A stretch of DNA of 64,000 nucleotides from the human T2T-CHM13v2.0 reference genome, Homo sapiens, in NCBI RefSeq assembly GCF_009914755.1, contig NC_060925.1. The stretch is one strand, 5' to 3'. A program made the translations under genes and the position numbers. The notes below the pieces were generated by a model. That model made no database searches. It was not told where the DNA came from and saw only the letters and a program-made list of their open reading frames with translations. Positions 30,318-48,977 of this stretch are shown one piece after another (the stretch's first letter is position 1; each line of letters begins with the position of its first letter).

Positions 30318-33177
30318 TAAATCAAGAACTGAAAACGACTTTATTTACTCTTCTTAGGACATGGCCACGCCCATGGAAGTCCCCAAAGTAGGCTGGACAG
30401 GCCACAGCAGCACCCGGAGCAGTGGTGGCAGCTCCTGTTGAGCTGCCCTCCAGAAGCCAGTTCTGATGCGCGGCCTCGCCGGGGGCCTGAGAACCCCTGT
30501 TTCCTGTGAGGCTGGGCCAGGGACAGGATAACAAGGGAGGCAGAAAAGAGTGCTGGCGGGGAGCCAGGAGGCCTGGGTTCCAGCCCCGGCCCTGCCGCTT
30601 GCCTGCTAGGAGCCCTTGAGAAAGTCAGTTCCCCTGCCTGAACCTCAGTCTCCTCACCTTCAGATGGAGATGCCGGCCCAGAGGGTACCAGAGGCCTTTC
30701 CTGGCTTGCAAACAGGATGCCAGTCCACAAAGCCACAGGGTGAGGGTGCTTCCCAGTTCTCTGTGCTTCGGAACAGCGTGCTGCTCTGGGGGACCTTGGA
30801 AAGGTGACTGGGCTCTTCTGGCGGTTTGGGGTGGGGGTTGTAGTTTGTGCTCCCGGATGTTTGCCCACGTGGGTGGAGCCTGCCTGTCTGTTGCCCCTTA
30901 GAGGGAAGTTGGCAGTAGGATGGGTTGGGGGGCCGTGGATGTTGGGAGGCCCTAAAGCTGAGCCCAGACTCTCAGGCTTGGGAAGGACCTTCCCGATCAG
31001 CCTTCTGTCCATGGCTTGAATTCCTGTCTTGTGGCATCAGGAAAGACTTATGTCTTTTAGGGTCCAACCAAGAAAGCAGAAAAACACTCAGGTGTTGCAG
31101 ACAGAGGGCCTTCATACAGGGAGTTAGTCACACAGGTTATGGGAGAGCCGAGAAGCCGAAGAGGGTGTGATGAGTTAACCCAGAGATTAACAACTGCGAG
31201 AAACCACCACCGCCCCAGGATGGAGAAGCCAGGGAGGTGGTGGGGTTAGCAGATCCTGGGATCGGGGTCACCCAGTACCAGCCAGGGGCTTGTGGCAGAG
31301 AGCTGGAGCACAGAGGAGACATGGCTGCTGCCGCTGAGCTCACGAAGGAAGACAGGGAAGGGGAGGGATACCCAGCTTCTCTCATCACATGTGCCCCATC
31401 TTCAGTCTCCCCCAGTGCCTCGCTTTGGCAGAACTCGCTGAAAAACGCAGCCTGCAGGTATCAGCCCCCACCCTGCCCTGAACACAGAGAGGAACATATT
31501 TGAGGTCAGAGGCCCAGGACTGGCCCAGTGACTGTGTTTAAATGCTTCGGGCACTGGGGAGCTCACTCTCTAACTCTTAACTGTAGAGGTGGTGGCAACA
31601 GCCTGTTTTGCTGGCGGCTGAGCATGAGCATTTGGTTCAGAATAAGGAAGAAACATTGGTTTCCTGTGACTCCCTACAGAAAGATGAGGGGTTTGTCTTG
31701 GGAGCAGAAGCCCCCGTGTGTGTTGCTTTGTGCTGTCATGTCTGCCAGGAAGGCCCTTCCCGCCCTCCCATCGCTCGAGACCCAATTCTCCCAGAAAACC
31801 TTCCGGCACCTCCATGTCGAGGGATAGTACCGTCATGTCCGTCCACAGCACCTGCGCTTCCTTCTCTATTTAGCAGAATGTAGCGAACATTATGTTCAAC
31901 GTGGACTTCTCTGTTTGTTCTGCCTCATTCATAGGGGGCATGGAGCTTGGAGAACCTGACGTTGCCTACCCAGAGCTGGCTCTAGGTTAAAGAGATGCTC
32001 ACTAAGGCACCTATAGTGTGCCAGGTCTGCCAAATGTTTGGCATGCATTATCTAGTTTAATGCTCCCAACAACTCCGGAGGTTGGTATGATTAGCCCATG
32101 CCTGCTCAGCTGGAGAATCTGAGGCTCAAAAGGAGGGTGTCCAAGGCCACTTGGCTAGTAAGGGCAGAGCTAGGATTCGAACACAGCCTCTTAAAGGCCG
32201 CGTTCCTTAGCCACGGGGCCACGTGGTCTTGCCACAGTGCAGCTGGGCCCAGGGTGGGATTGTGTGAAGTCCCTCACTGGGAATGTTTCCAGCTCAGCTC
32301 CTGGTGCCTCCTCCCCTGTCCTCTGTCCAAGACCACATGTCAGCCCCTTGAAGGCGAGGCAGCCATTCCCACAGCCACTTCTCTATTCTGACATGACCAA
32401 GAAGCCTGGCTGGGACAGCAGGTCTGACCACAGATTGACAGATGTTTCCACATGTGGAAGTGAGGTTTGAGCCTCGATGTGCCGTTTCTGTGGTTCCCTT
32501 TTCACGCTTTCCTTGGGAGATGTGTCCAGACATGGTCTCATTGCCCTAATAGGTTTCCATGTCTGTTGTGCACAGTCTTTAGACTGTTTAACAATCCTGT
32601 TCACTGGTAGAGCACTGCCCAGCTTGCACACAGCACTTTCTTATGCATTGGCTCAGTGGCTCTTCCCAACAATCCTGGGACTTGGGTTCATTTACTGGAT
32701 GGAGGCTCAGAGAGGCTAAGTAACAACAGTGACAACCATTAGTTGCCTTTTGCAGATCTGTCAGCATGCCTTGCTCAAAGAGAGACAGAAACTGCCCAGT
32801 GCACAGTGTCTCACTTGATCTTCACAATAGCCCTGCAAGGTAGATATTATTACAACCTCTCATTGGAAGTAGGGAAACTGAGGCTCAGAGAGAATAATTG
32901 ACTTACCCAAGGTCACACAGCGTCAAATCCACACCTAGAACCCATCTCTTGGTCTTGACTCCTGGTTCAGTGTTCCAAGCAACTGTTGAGAACATCCATC
33001 AAACTTAAAAATATATATGACTATATTTCAACAAATCTATGACATCATTGAATATAGATACACCACTCTTTTATATACCCCAGGAAATAGAAATGCTGTC
33101 AGCTACAGTAAGACACAGTATTTCTCATCACATAGAATTTTTTTATTTTAGACTAATTAAAAGAGCTCTTTCATATC

Positions 33178-33363
33178 TGTATGCATCATATATATATAAG
33201 CATTATATATGCATATATATAATGCATCATATATGCATCATATATAAGCATATATATGCATATATATAATGCATCATATATATGCATCATATATATGCTT
33301 ATATATGATGCATATATAAGCATATATATGCATATATAAGCATATATGCATATATATATGTAT
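33178..33363. repeat. AT-rich (TA/ATGCAT) low-complexity repeat containing a perfect inverted repeat
   Basis: Read directly; arms 33229-33258 and 33288-33317. Confidence 0.9.
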
Positions 33364-33475
33364 CTCTCTCAGTTGTCTGTACATAGAAGGAAAATTTATC
33401 TGAAAATAAACTTATATGACATGAAATGGATTTATGTGAAAATAAAGTTCTTCATATTCAAAATCTAACTGAGTA

Positions 33476-33878
<403 letters not shown>

Positions 33879-33972
33879 TTAGAGAGGAAAAGCGTGTTTA
33901 CATATAACAAAGTACATAAATTATAAGTACACTTGATGAATTTTTATCCACGTTAATATTCATCTAGACTCA

Positions 33973-34472
<500 letters not shown>

Positions 34473-35306
34473 GAGTGTAGCTACTACCCAGATGGGGAGA
34501 GCTTCCCAGCATCCTAGAAGCCTCCTTTGTGGCTGTCCCAGCCCCTTTCCACCAAGGGAACAACTACTGGATGCGGCATTTCCTAGAGGTGGCTGAGGGC
34601 CACTGGCGCTGGGCTCCTGCGAGGGGTTTGCCATTGTGCGGGGCTGGCCCACTTTCGACGCCCATGGGAGGAATGCTGCTAAACACGTCCGATTTACCAC
34701 CTCCTCCATCCCGTACCCACAGCCATTTGGTTCCTAGAGGTTAAAAGAACACTCCTCTATTGTCTCCAGGGTTTCCTTCCAAGCCGCAGAATCCCATTGT
34801 CGATGTGACGGTGTAAGCGGGCTGTGACCACTCCCTGGAGAGGGCCTCCTGCCAACAATTACTGTAAGACACACCCCTATTTCAGAGACACTAAAATGTG
34901 AAAAATCAAGCCTCTTAGAGTCACCAAAATACAGTATATTGCCTTTTGAAGATCTTTACTGAAGCAGTTTCCTCTGAGAAGCAGCTTGTCTCCATCATTA
35001 AGCCCCGGAAAGCAGATGAGACTGCAGTTCCTCCGGGCTAGCTGTCTCAGTGGTCACTTCGCCCCCAGACAGGTAGCTTCTGCCCACTTCTCTCATGGGG
35101 CAGCCAAGTGTTACTACCTCTGGCCCCGGCCTGGAATAAGAGGACCAGCAGGCCGTGGGAAACCTCAGCTCTAATACCAGGCTGCTTCTGGACAGTCCTT
35201 TCTGGGTGTGGATAAAGACCAGGCTTGTGCCCTCTGGGGACCGTTCAAAGCAGTCTTCAGGGTCGGACCTCAGACTCATCCCTGTGATGATTGTTTCAGG
35301 TCCTAG

Positions 35307-35728
<422 letters not shown>

Positions 35729-36019
35729 TGACATGGAACAAGCACCCAGTAAGTATTTGAATGAATGAGCAAATGAAAGGCCAGGAAGGGAGAGCCTTTA
35801 TTTTGAAGCCTGCCCGCCGGGCTGCCCTTGGGAAAGCCACTTTCTGCAAAAGTCACAGGAGCAAATGAGACAAAGATGCAAAATTGCTCTGCCTGAGCTG
35901 TGAGGGCTTAACTGTGAATGTCTTTAGGTGACCTTCTTGGAGACCTCAAGACCACCCCTCTGTGACTTGGTTCAGGCTGCCCTGCTGTGATGCCTGCTGG
36001 GGCCAAGGCCTGGATCCCT

Positions 36020-36073
36020 GGGTGGGGTGGGGTGGGGTGGGGCGGGGAGGGGAGGGGCGGGGCGGGGCGGGGC
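36020..36073 (+). repeat. (GGGGN)n G-rich repeat, potential G-quadruplex
   Basis: Eleven G-tracts (GGG/GGGG) separated by single T, C or A. Confidence 0.9.
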
Positions 36074-36579
36074 AGGAGTGGCAGCAGGAAGGATCCGGCT
36101 GAGACTTGCCCTGGGGGGCCAGGGAAGGAGGGTGGCAGGAGGCAGAATCCACAAATGAAGTAGATCTGGAGCCAGGCAGATCAGCCCTTAGATATAATCT
36201 CAGAAGGGGCTGGGAGAATGGAAGGATTTTGTTGAGGATGGAGTGAGAGGGTTGGAGGGTTGGGTATGTTCCTGAGCATATTTCCCTGTCTATGGGGCCA
36301 TTCAGAGAGAAGCCCACGTGCTCCAGGCCAGTGGTGGAGCCTTCAACGTGGAGCTGGAAGACCTGGGCTCGAGTCCCACCTCTGCCATGTCCCATCCTCC
36401 CTCATGACTCCCAGTAGTTACCGCCTTCTCTGGGCCTCAGTTTCCCCAACTGGAAATTAAAGAAAATTACCCTGTTCCTGCATCAGATGGTTGGTTGTGG
36501 ATATCACTGAAATCTCCTCACGTGGTATTGAGCCGCTGCTCTTGGCCAGACACAGAGCAATTTACATGAAATGATTTTC

Positions 36580-36991
36580 GAAGTCTGGTCTGGGGACCAG
36601 CAGTGTCAGCATCACTTGGGAACTTTGTCAGAAATGCAAATTATCGGGCTCCACCCCAACTACTCTAGACCCAAAAACAATTTTTATTTTTATTTTTATT
36701 TACTTTTTAGGATGGAGTCTTGCTCTGTCACCCAGGCTGGACTGCAGTGGTGCAATCTCAGCTCACTGAAACCTCTGCCTCCTGGGTTCAAGCGATTCTC
36801 CTGCCTCAGCCTCCTGAATAGCTGGGATTACAGGCATGCACCACGACGCCCAGCTAAATTTTTTTATTTTTAGAAGAGGCAGGGTTTCACCATGTTGGCC
36901 AGGTGGTCTCGCACTCCTAACCTCAGGTGATCCACCTGTCTCGGCCTCCAAAAGTGCTGGGATTACAGGCGTGAGCCACAGCGCCCTGCCC
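36580..36991. mobile_element. MER5A-like fragment followed by an AluS (-, ~36681-36991)
   Basis: ggaccagcagtgtcagcatcacttgggaac...agaaatgcaaatt; Alu consensus. Confidence 0.75.
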
Positions 36992-37814
36992 CAAGGACAA
37001 TTTTTAAATGATATAATTCATATCCCATAAAATTAACCCTTTAAAGTGTGCAGTGTGGTGGCTTTTAGTATTATCCACCAGGTCATACAACCTATTATCA
37101 CTAATTCCAGAATATTTTCATTGCTCTCAAAAGAAACCTTGTACCATTTAGCAGTGACTCCCCACTCCCCTGTCCCTCAGCCCCTGCAATCACAAACCTA
37201 CTTTTCATCTCTATGGATTTGCCTATTCTGGACACTTCATATAAATGGAATCATAGAATATGTGGTCTTTTCTTTCACTTAGCATAATGTCTTCAAGGTT
37301 CATCCATATTGTAATATGTATTAGTACATGTTGTACTGATGGAACATGTATGTTGTAGCATGTTTCACCCTTTTAAAAAATCTTCTTTTTAAATTAAAAA
37401 CATTTTTAAAATACATTCAAAGATTTTTTTAGAGTCGTTTTAGTTTCACAGCAAAATTGGGAGGCAGGTATGGAGATTTCCCTATGTTCCCTGCCCCCAC
37501 AACATACGCAGCCTCCCATCATTAACATCCCCCACCAGAATGGAACAATTTTAACAACCGATGAACTGACATTGACACATCATTATCACTGCAAATCCAT
37601 AGTTTACTTTGGGGTTCACTGTTAATGTAGTACATTCTATGGGTTTGGACAAGCGTATAATGACACGTATCTGTCATGATGGTATCATACAAAGTATTTT
37701 CACTGCCATAAAAATCCTCTGTGTGCCACCTATTTCTTCCTCCCATCCCCCTAATCCCCGGCAACCACTGATCTTTCTACCATCTCCACAGTTTTGCCTT
37801 TTCCAGAATGTCAT

Positions 37815-40628
<2,814 letters not shown>

Positions 40629-41826
40629 GTCATATATTGGAATCACACAGTATGTAGCCTTTTCTGATTGGCTTCTTTCACTTAGTAATATGGATTTAAG
40701 TTTCCTCCATTCTTTTCATGGCTTGATAGCTCATTTCTTTTTAGTGCTGAATAATAGTTCATTGTCTGGATGTACCACAGTTAATCCATTTACCTGCTGA
40801 AGGACATCCTGGTTTCTTCTTTTGGCAGCGTGAAAAAAGCTGCTATAAACATCTGTGTGCAGATTTTTGTGTGAACATAAGTTTTCAACTCTTTTCTGTA
40901 AATACCATGGAGTGTGATTGCTCAATCATATGGTAAAAGTATGTTTAGCTTTATAGAATGACAATTTACCTTTCAAAGTGACTGTACTATGTGCTAAGTG
41001 GGTGTACTATTTTACATTTACGTTTACAACAATGAAGGAAAGTTCCTGTTGCTCCATATCCTCCTCAGTGTTTGGTGCTGTTTGTATTCTGTATTTTGGC
41101 CATTCTAATAGATATGTAGTATCCCGTTATTTTAGTTTTCATTCCCTTGATAACATGTGATGTAGAGTATCTTTTCTTATGCTTATTTGACATCTGTATA
41201 TCTTTTTTGGTGAGGTGTCTATTAAGGTACATGGCCCATTTTTTAATTGGGTTGTTTTTTTTCTTATTGAGAGCTTTAAGAGTTCTTTGTATATTTTGGA
41301 CAACTGTCTCTTATCAAACATGTCTTTTGCAAATATTTTCTCCCAGTTTGTTGCATGTCTGGTTATTCCCTTGACATTGGCTTTCACAAAACAGAAGTTT
41401 AAAAAATTTTTTTAATGAATTCCAGCTCATTCATTGTTTATTTCAGCAATAATGCTTTCGGTGTTATACCTGACAAGTCATCACCATACCTAAGGTCATC
41501 TAGACTTTTTCCTATGTTGTCTTCTCAAGAGTTTTACAGTTTTGCATTTTTAATTTAGATTTATGAGGTACTTTGAGTTAACTTTTGTGGAATGTATAAT
41601 GTCTGTGTCTAAATTCAGTTTTTTTGGTATATGGATGTCCAGTTATTCATATTTTTTAAAAGATGGATTTTTGCATGATATTTTGAAAAGACTGTCTTTG
41701 CTCTATTGCATTGTCTTTGCTTCTTTGTCAAAGATTAGTTGACTACATTTATGTGGGCCTATGTTGGGCTCTCTATTCTGTTTATTAATCTACTTGTTTA
41801 TTCTTTTGCCAATACCACACTGTCTT

Positions 41827-41902
41827 GATTAGTATAGCTTTAAGTCTTGAAGATTACTATAGCTTTAAGTCTTGAAGACTACTATAGCTAGTAAGTCTTG
41901 AA
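41827..41902. repeat. 25-bp local tandem triplication inside L1
   Basis: GATTA(G/C)TATAGCTTTAAGTCTTGAA starting at 41827, 41852 and 41877 (third copy variant). Confidence 0.85.
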
Positions 41903-44606
41903 GTCAGGTAGTGTCTGTCCTCCAACTTTGTTCTTCCTCAGTATTGTGTTGATTATTTTGATCTTTCCCTCTTCATATAAACTTTAGAATCATTTTTCAA
42001 TATCCACAAAATAACATGCTGGGATTTTGATTGGGATTGCACTGAATCTATAGATCAGGTTGGGGAAAACTTATATCATGACAATTTTGAATCTTCCTAT
42101 CTGTGAATATGGAATATCTCTTTATTTATTTAGTTCTTCTTTGATTTTGTTCATCAGAGTTTTGTAGCTTTCCTCATATAAATCTTATATATATTTACTT
42201 AGATTTATACCTAAGTACTTTCTTTTATTGGGTGCTAACGTAAATGGTATTGTGTTTTAAATTTCAAATTTCACTTGCCCATTGCTGGTATATAGGAAAG
42301 TGACAGACTTGTACAACAACCTTATATCCTACAATCTTACTATAATCACCTATTAGTTCCAGAGATTTTTGTGTTGATTTATTTGGATTTTTCTACATAG
42401 ATAATCATGTCATCTACAAAGGCAGTTTTATTTCTTCCTTCCCAATCAGTATAACTTTTATTTCATTTTCTTGCCTTATTGAGTTAGCTTGGACTTCCAG
42501 TATGATGTTGAAAAGGAGTGGTGAGAGGAAACATCCTTGACTTGTTCCTGATTTTAGTGGGAAAGCTTCTAGTTTCTCACCATAAGTATGGTGTTTGCTG
42601 TAAGTTTTTTGTAGATTTTTTCATCAAATAGAGGAAGTTCTCCTCAATTCCTAGTTTACTGAGAGTTGTTATATGAATGGGTGTTGAATTTTGCGAAATT
42701 ATTTTTCTTCATCTATTGATATAATCATGGGGTTTTTCTTTTTTAGCTTGTTCATGTGATGGTTATATTAATTTATTTTCAAATCTTGAACCAGCCTTAT
42801 ATACCCAGGATAAATCTCACTTGATAATGAGGTATAATTCTTTTTATACATGGTTGGATTTGATTTGCTAGTAATTTGTTGAAGATTTTTGCATCTGTGT
42901 TTATGAGATATATTGGTCTGTAGTTTTGTTTTTTGGTAATGTTTTTTTATCTGGTTTTGTTAGTGCTGGACTCATAGGGTGAGTTAGAAAGTATTTGCTC
43001 TGCTTCTATCCTCTGAAAGTGATTGTAGAGAATTGGTATAATTTCTTCCTTAAATGTTTGGTTGAACTTACCAGTGAACTCTTCTCTGCCTGGTGCCTTC
43101 TGTTTTGGAAGGTTATTAACTATTGATTCAATAGATATAGGCCTATTCAGATTGTCTATTTCTTCTTTTATGAGTTTTGGCAAATTGTGTCTTTCACAGA
43201 GTTGGTCCATTTCACCCAGATTATCAAATTTCTGGGCATAGAGTTCATAGTATTCCTTTCTTATCCTTTCAATGTCCATAGGATCTGTAGTGATGTCCCT
43301 TCTTTAATTTCTGATATTAGTAATTTGTGTTCCCTCTCTTTTTTTCTTAGTCTGGCTATAGACTTATTGATTTAATTGATCTTTTCAAAGAATCAGCTTT
43401 TGATTTCATTGATTATTTAATTTTCTTTTTTCAATTTCATTGATTTCTGCCCTAATTTTTACTATTCTTTTTTTTCTTCTACTTACTTTGGCCTTCTTTT
43501 CCTAGTCTGTTAAGGTGGAAACTTAGATTATTGATTTTAGATTTTTCTTCTTTCCTAATATATGCACTTGATGCTATAATCTTCCCTCAAACCACTGCTT
43601 TGGCTTATCTTACACATTTTAATAAGTTGTGTTTTAATTTTCATCAGGTAAAAATATTAAAATTCTTTTTGAGATTTCTTCTTTGACCCATGTATTATTT
43701 AGAAGTGTTTTGTTTAATCTCCACATGTTTTGGAATTTTCTAGTTATCTTTCTGTTATTGATTTCTTTTAATTCCATTGTTGTCTGCGAGCAGAAGTTGT
43801 ATGATTTCTACTCCTTTTAATTTGTTAAGGTGGGTTTTATGGCCCAAAATGTGGTCAAATTCTTTCTGTTTTATGGCCCAATAATATTCCATTGTATAGA
43901 TATACAACATTTTGTTTATCTACTCATGAGTTGGTGGACATTGGGGTTGTTTTCATTTTTTGTTAATTCCATTGTACACTGAACATACAATTCAGTGGTA
44001 TTTTGTATGCTCACAGTGTTGTGCAGCCATCACCTCTATCTAACTCCAAAACATTTCATCAACTCAAAGGAGATCTTGAATCCATTAAGCAGCCACTCCT
44101 CATGTCCCTGCTCTCAACCCCTGGCAACCACTAATCTGCTTTCTGTCTCCATGAATATAGCTATTTTGGATACTTCATTTAAATGGAATCATACAATATG
44201 TGATCTTTTGTATCTGACTTCTTTTACTTTTCATAATGTTTTCAATGTTCATCCATGTTGATAGCATTCCTTTTTAGGGCTGAATACTGTTGTGTTGCAT
44301 GGATATACTATGTTGTGTTTATCCATTCATCTACTGATGGACGTTTGAGTTGTTTCCACTTTTGCTGTGTGAATAGTGCTGCTATGTATTTGTACTCATT
44401 GTACACATTGTGTACAAACATTTGTTCGAATACCTGTTTTCAATTCTTTTGGAGAATTATTTTCAATTCTAGGAGCAGAACTGCTGGGTTATATGGTATC
44501 ATTGTGAGGAACTGCCAAGCTGTTTCCCAAAGTGGCTGAACCATTTTACATCCCCACCAGCAACATATGAGAGTTCTAATTTCTCCACATTCTCACCAGT
44601 GCTTGT

Positions 44607-44691
44607 TTTCCTTTCCTTTCCTTTCCTTTCCTTTCCTTTCCTTTCCTTTCCTTTCCTTTCCTTTCCTTTCCTTTCCTTTCCTTTCCTTTCC
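44607..44691. repeat. (TTTCC)17 microsatellite
   Basis: Read directly. Confidence 0.95.
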
Positions 44692-44957
44692 TCTCTCTCT
44701 CTTTCTGTCTTTTAAATTATAGCCATTCTAGTGGATATGAAAGAGTATCTCATTGTGGTTTTGATTTGGATTTTTCAAATGACTAATGATGTTGAGCATC
44801 TTTTCATGTGCTTCTTGGCCATTGTATATCTTCTTTGAAAAAATGTCTGTTCAAGCATTTTGACCATTTTTAAATTGGGTTATTTTGTCTTTCTGTTGCT
44901 GAATTGCAAGAGTTTTTTTTATATGTCCTGGATTCTAGATGCTTATCAGATAAATGA

Positions 44958-45857
<900 letters not shown>

Positions 45858-46611
45858 TTGATAGTGTTTTTTGATTAACTATCTACTTTTATTTTGATGA
45901 AATACAAGTTACCCATCTATGTATATACTGAGCTGACCCTGAGACATGGCAAAATGTGTGAAGATGGTACTTGAGTGAGTGAAGTTTGGGCAATGTTGTT
46001 TCTAGTGAATTCTTTCTCCTTGGTGGTTTCCTCTGGCCTGTGGATATACTTTATTCAGCAAAAGATGCCAGGGCTGAGGGGATATGGCCTCTGGTCTGCC
46101 ACCCAGAGGGTAAACTTGGCAAGACCCCAGCCAGGCTCCCCCTCCTCTGCTGTTCCTAAACATGCATTCATGGACAAGGGGTCTCTGGAGCAAAGGAGAG
46201 TGACTCCTTCCCTCTCCCGCAACCTTGCCCACTTACCTTGTAGCCAGCCACTCCCTCCTCTTTCTGTAACTGGGCATTGGTCCAGCTGCCAGGCCCAGGA
46301 CCTCTCCCATTTAGCCAGATGTAGTTCCAAAAACAACTGCAGCAGTATTTGGATACATTTTCCAGCCTGAACTAGTGGTGTTCCTGTCCATAGCTGGGAT
46401 CCAGGTTTGTTGCCTCTGGGTGGGGCTACAGCTCCTTACCTCCTGGAAGGTTGTGGAAGTGTGGTTTTCTTTTTCTCCTTTCTCTTGTGGAACATAAGCA
46501 TCTTTCCAAGTCCTTCTGGCCAGATGATGATGGTGTGAGCCTGTCCGTCTCCCATCAGTGCTGAGGGGCCTCAGATGCTGCCTCTTACCTATAACCCAGA
46601 TGCTCCCAGGT

Positions 46612-47040
46612 GTGTTTATTTCCTAGAGCTGCTGTGACACAGAGCCACAAACTGGGAGGCTCAGAACAACAGGCATTGTTCCTTGCACAGTTCTGGAGGC
46701 TGGAAGTCCAAAATCAAGGTGTTGGCAGGGCTGGTTCCTACGGGAGGCTCTGAGGAAGAATCTGTTCCAGGCGCTCTCCTGGCTCCTGGTGGTTGCTGGC
46801 AATCCTTGGAGCCCCTTGACTTGTAGATGCATCACTCCAGTCTCTGCCTTCATCTTCACATGGCGTTCTCCCTTTCCCTCTGTCTCTGTGTCTTCTTCTC
46901 CTCATCTTATTGTCATATTGGATTAAGGGCCTACCCTGCATCAGTATGGCCTCGTCTTAGCTAATTTCATCTGCAGTTACCCTATTTCCAAAGGTCACAT
47001 TCTCAGGTTCTAAGAAGTACATGAATTTTGAGCAGGATAA
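46612..47040 (-). mobile_element. MLT1-type MaLR LTR
   Basis: cacagttctggaggctggaagtccaaaatcaaggtgttggcagggc. Confidence 0.8.
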
Positions 47041-47224
47041 TGTATGGCCCAGTGCACCAGGCAATGCCAAGGGCATCACTAGGTAGGAGGCTGGAGATGA
47101 CTCCATTTCTGTGAGCTCCTCCTTGGCTCCTCTGTGTCTTTGCTTCTAACAGCCTGTGCCTGCCACTCTCTCTCGAGGGCTCCCCTTGAGCTATTAGAGG
47201 GGCTTTGTGTGCACAAAATTCAGA

Positions 47225-47303
47225 CACACACACACACACACGCACATGCACATGCACACACACATGCACACATGCACACACACACACATATACACACACA
47301 CAC
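47225..47303. repeat. (CA)n, imperfect
   Basis: Read directly. Confidence 0.9.
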
Positions 47304-47369
47304 AGAGCCAGAGTGCCTGGATATTCGTGACCCCTGGAGCTGTCTTACCATGGTGATGACTGACAGGTG

Positions 47370-47653
47370 GGCAGGGCACGGTGGCTCACACCTGTAATTC
47401 CAGCACTTTGGGAGGCCAAGGCAGGTGGACCACCTGAGGTTAGGAGTTCAAGACCAGCCTAACCAACATGGTGAAACCTTGTCTCTACTAAAAATAGAAA
47501 AAAATTAGTTGGGCATGGTGGCGCATGACTGTAACCCAGCTACTTGGGAGGCTGAGGCAGGAGAATCACTTCAACCTGGGAGGCGGAGGTTGCAATGAAC
47601 CAAGATCACGCCATTGCACTCAAGCTTGGGCAACAAGAGTGAAACTCCATCTC

Positions 47654-47682
<29 letters not shown>
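47370..47682 (+). mobile_element. AluS within a probable ERVL LTR16-like element (~47100-47930)
   Basis: TSD ATGACTGACAGGTG; host ends tctcaaagtctgcttctgggcagcccaagctgaaaca. The Alu call is firm; the host call is tentative. Confidence 0.8.
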
Positions 47683-47684
<2 letters not shown>

Positions 47685-48467
47685 AATGACTGACAGGTGC
47701 ACATGCAGAAGCATAGAAGCCCAGATCCCTGGCCTGCAGTTGGGCACAAACTCTGAGGTGTAACTTATACTCCGGAGCCCCCCACAGGTCAGTTTCAACT
47801 GGCCTCACCCTCCATGTCTAGCTCCCCCTACTCTGACACTGGCTTGTCCTGGGAGTACTTCCTTAAGAAATCACTTTCATGTGAATTCTCTTCTCAAAGT
47901 CTGCTTCTGGGCAGCCCAAGCTGAAACAGATCCCCATACCTGGAGCCTGCTGCAGCCAGGACTGATATGCAGGAACCCAGCCCAGGGAGCCACAAAGGGA
48001 TCCACCTCCCCGGATCCAGGGGTTCATGATTCATGGGCGATGGTGCTCTGTAAATGGGAAGGCCCTCTGTGAACACTGGGGTGTTTGCCACGCATTGTGC
48101 TCAATTGTCCCCTCTATGGGCGGGCCTTCCCCAACCACACCATCCAAGATATTCTAATCTTGTCCTTTCAGGCTGCTGATCAACTAGCTCAGGAGTCAGT
48201 GTGGACATGTCACACTTCTTCCTCCATGAGATGGAGATGACCAAATCTATTCATAGTTCTGTGTGCCAACCTATGAACCAGACCTGAGCCCCTTACCCCT
48301 CTGACAGTCGGCTTCAGGAAATCGCCATGAGGCTACAGGTGTGTGTTGAGGGGTGGGTAGAGACACAACATAAGTGGGTGGCGTGGGGTCTGGCACACTT
48401 CTTCATGTAACCCACTTGTACCTGCTGGACCTGCCAGTCTCAATCCCAAATATCACTGTAGCATTTC

Positions 48468-48493
48468 TCTTTTTTTTATATTATGACAAATAC

Positions 48494-48524
<31 letters not shown>

Positions 48525-48977
48525 TTTTTTAATTTTATTTTAAGTTCCAGGGTACATGTGCAGAATGTGCAGGTTTGTTACGTAGGTAAATGTGTGCCAT
48601 GGTGGCTTGCTGCACCTATCAACCCATCATCTAAGCATTAAGCCCAGCATGCATTAGCTATTTATCCTGATGCTCTCCCTCCCCACGCACCTCCTGAAAG
48701 GCCCCAGTGTGTGTTGTTCCCCCACCGTGTCCTTGTGTTCTCATTGTTCAGCTCCCACTTATGAGTGAAAACACGTGGTGTTTGGTTTTCTGTTCCTGCA
48801 TTAGTTTGCTGAGAATAATGGCTCCCAGTTCCATCCATGTCCCTGCAAAGGACATAATATCGTTCCTTTTTATGGTTGTATAGTATTCCATGGTGTATGT
48901 GTACCACATTTTCTTTATCCAGTCTATCATTGATGGGTATTTGGATTGATTTCATGTCTTTGCTATTGTGAATAGTG
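48468..48977 (-). mobile_element. 5'-truncated primate L1PA 3' end with a (TAAA)n tail
   Basis: Translates WIKKMWYTYTMEYY..IKRNDIMSFAGTWMELGAIILSKL; TSD CACTGTAGCATTTC at 48454-48467 and 48978-48991. Confidence 0.93.

Noticed and set aside
40630-43850. Possible active L1
   Set aside because: Heavily diverged, fragmented ORF2, with no 5' UTR or ORF1.
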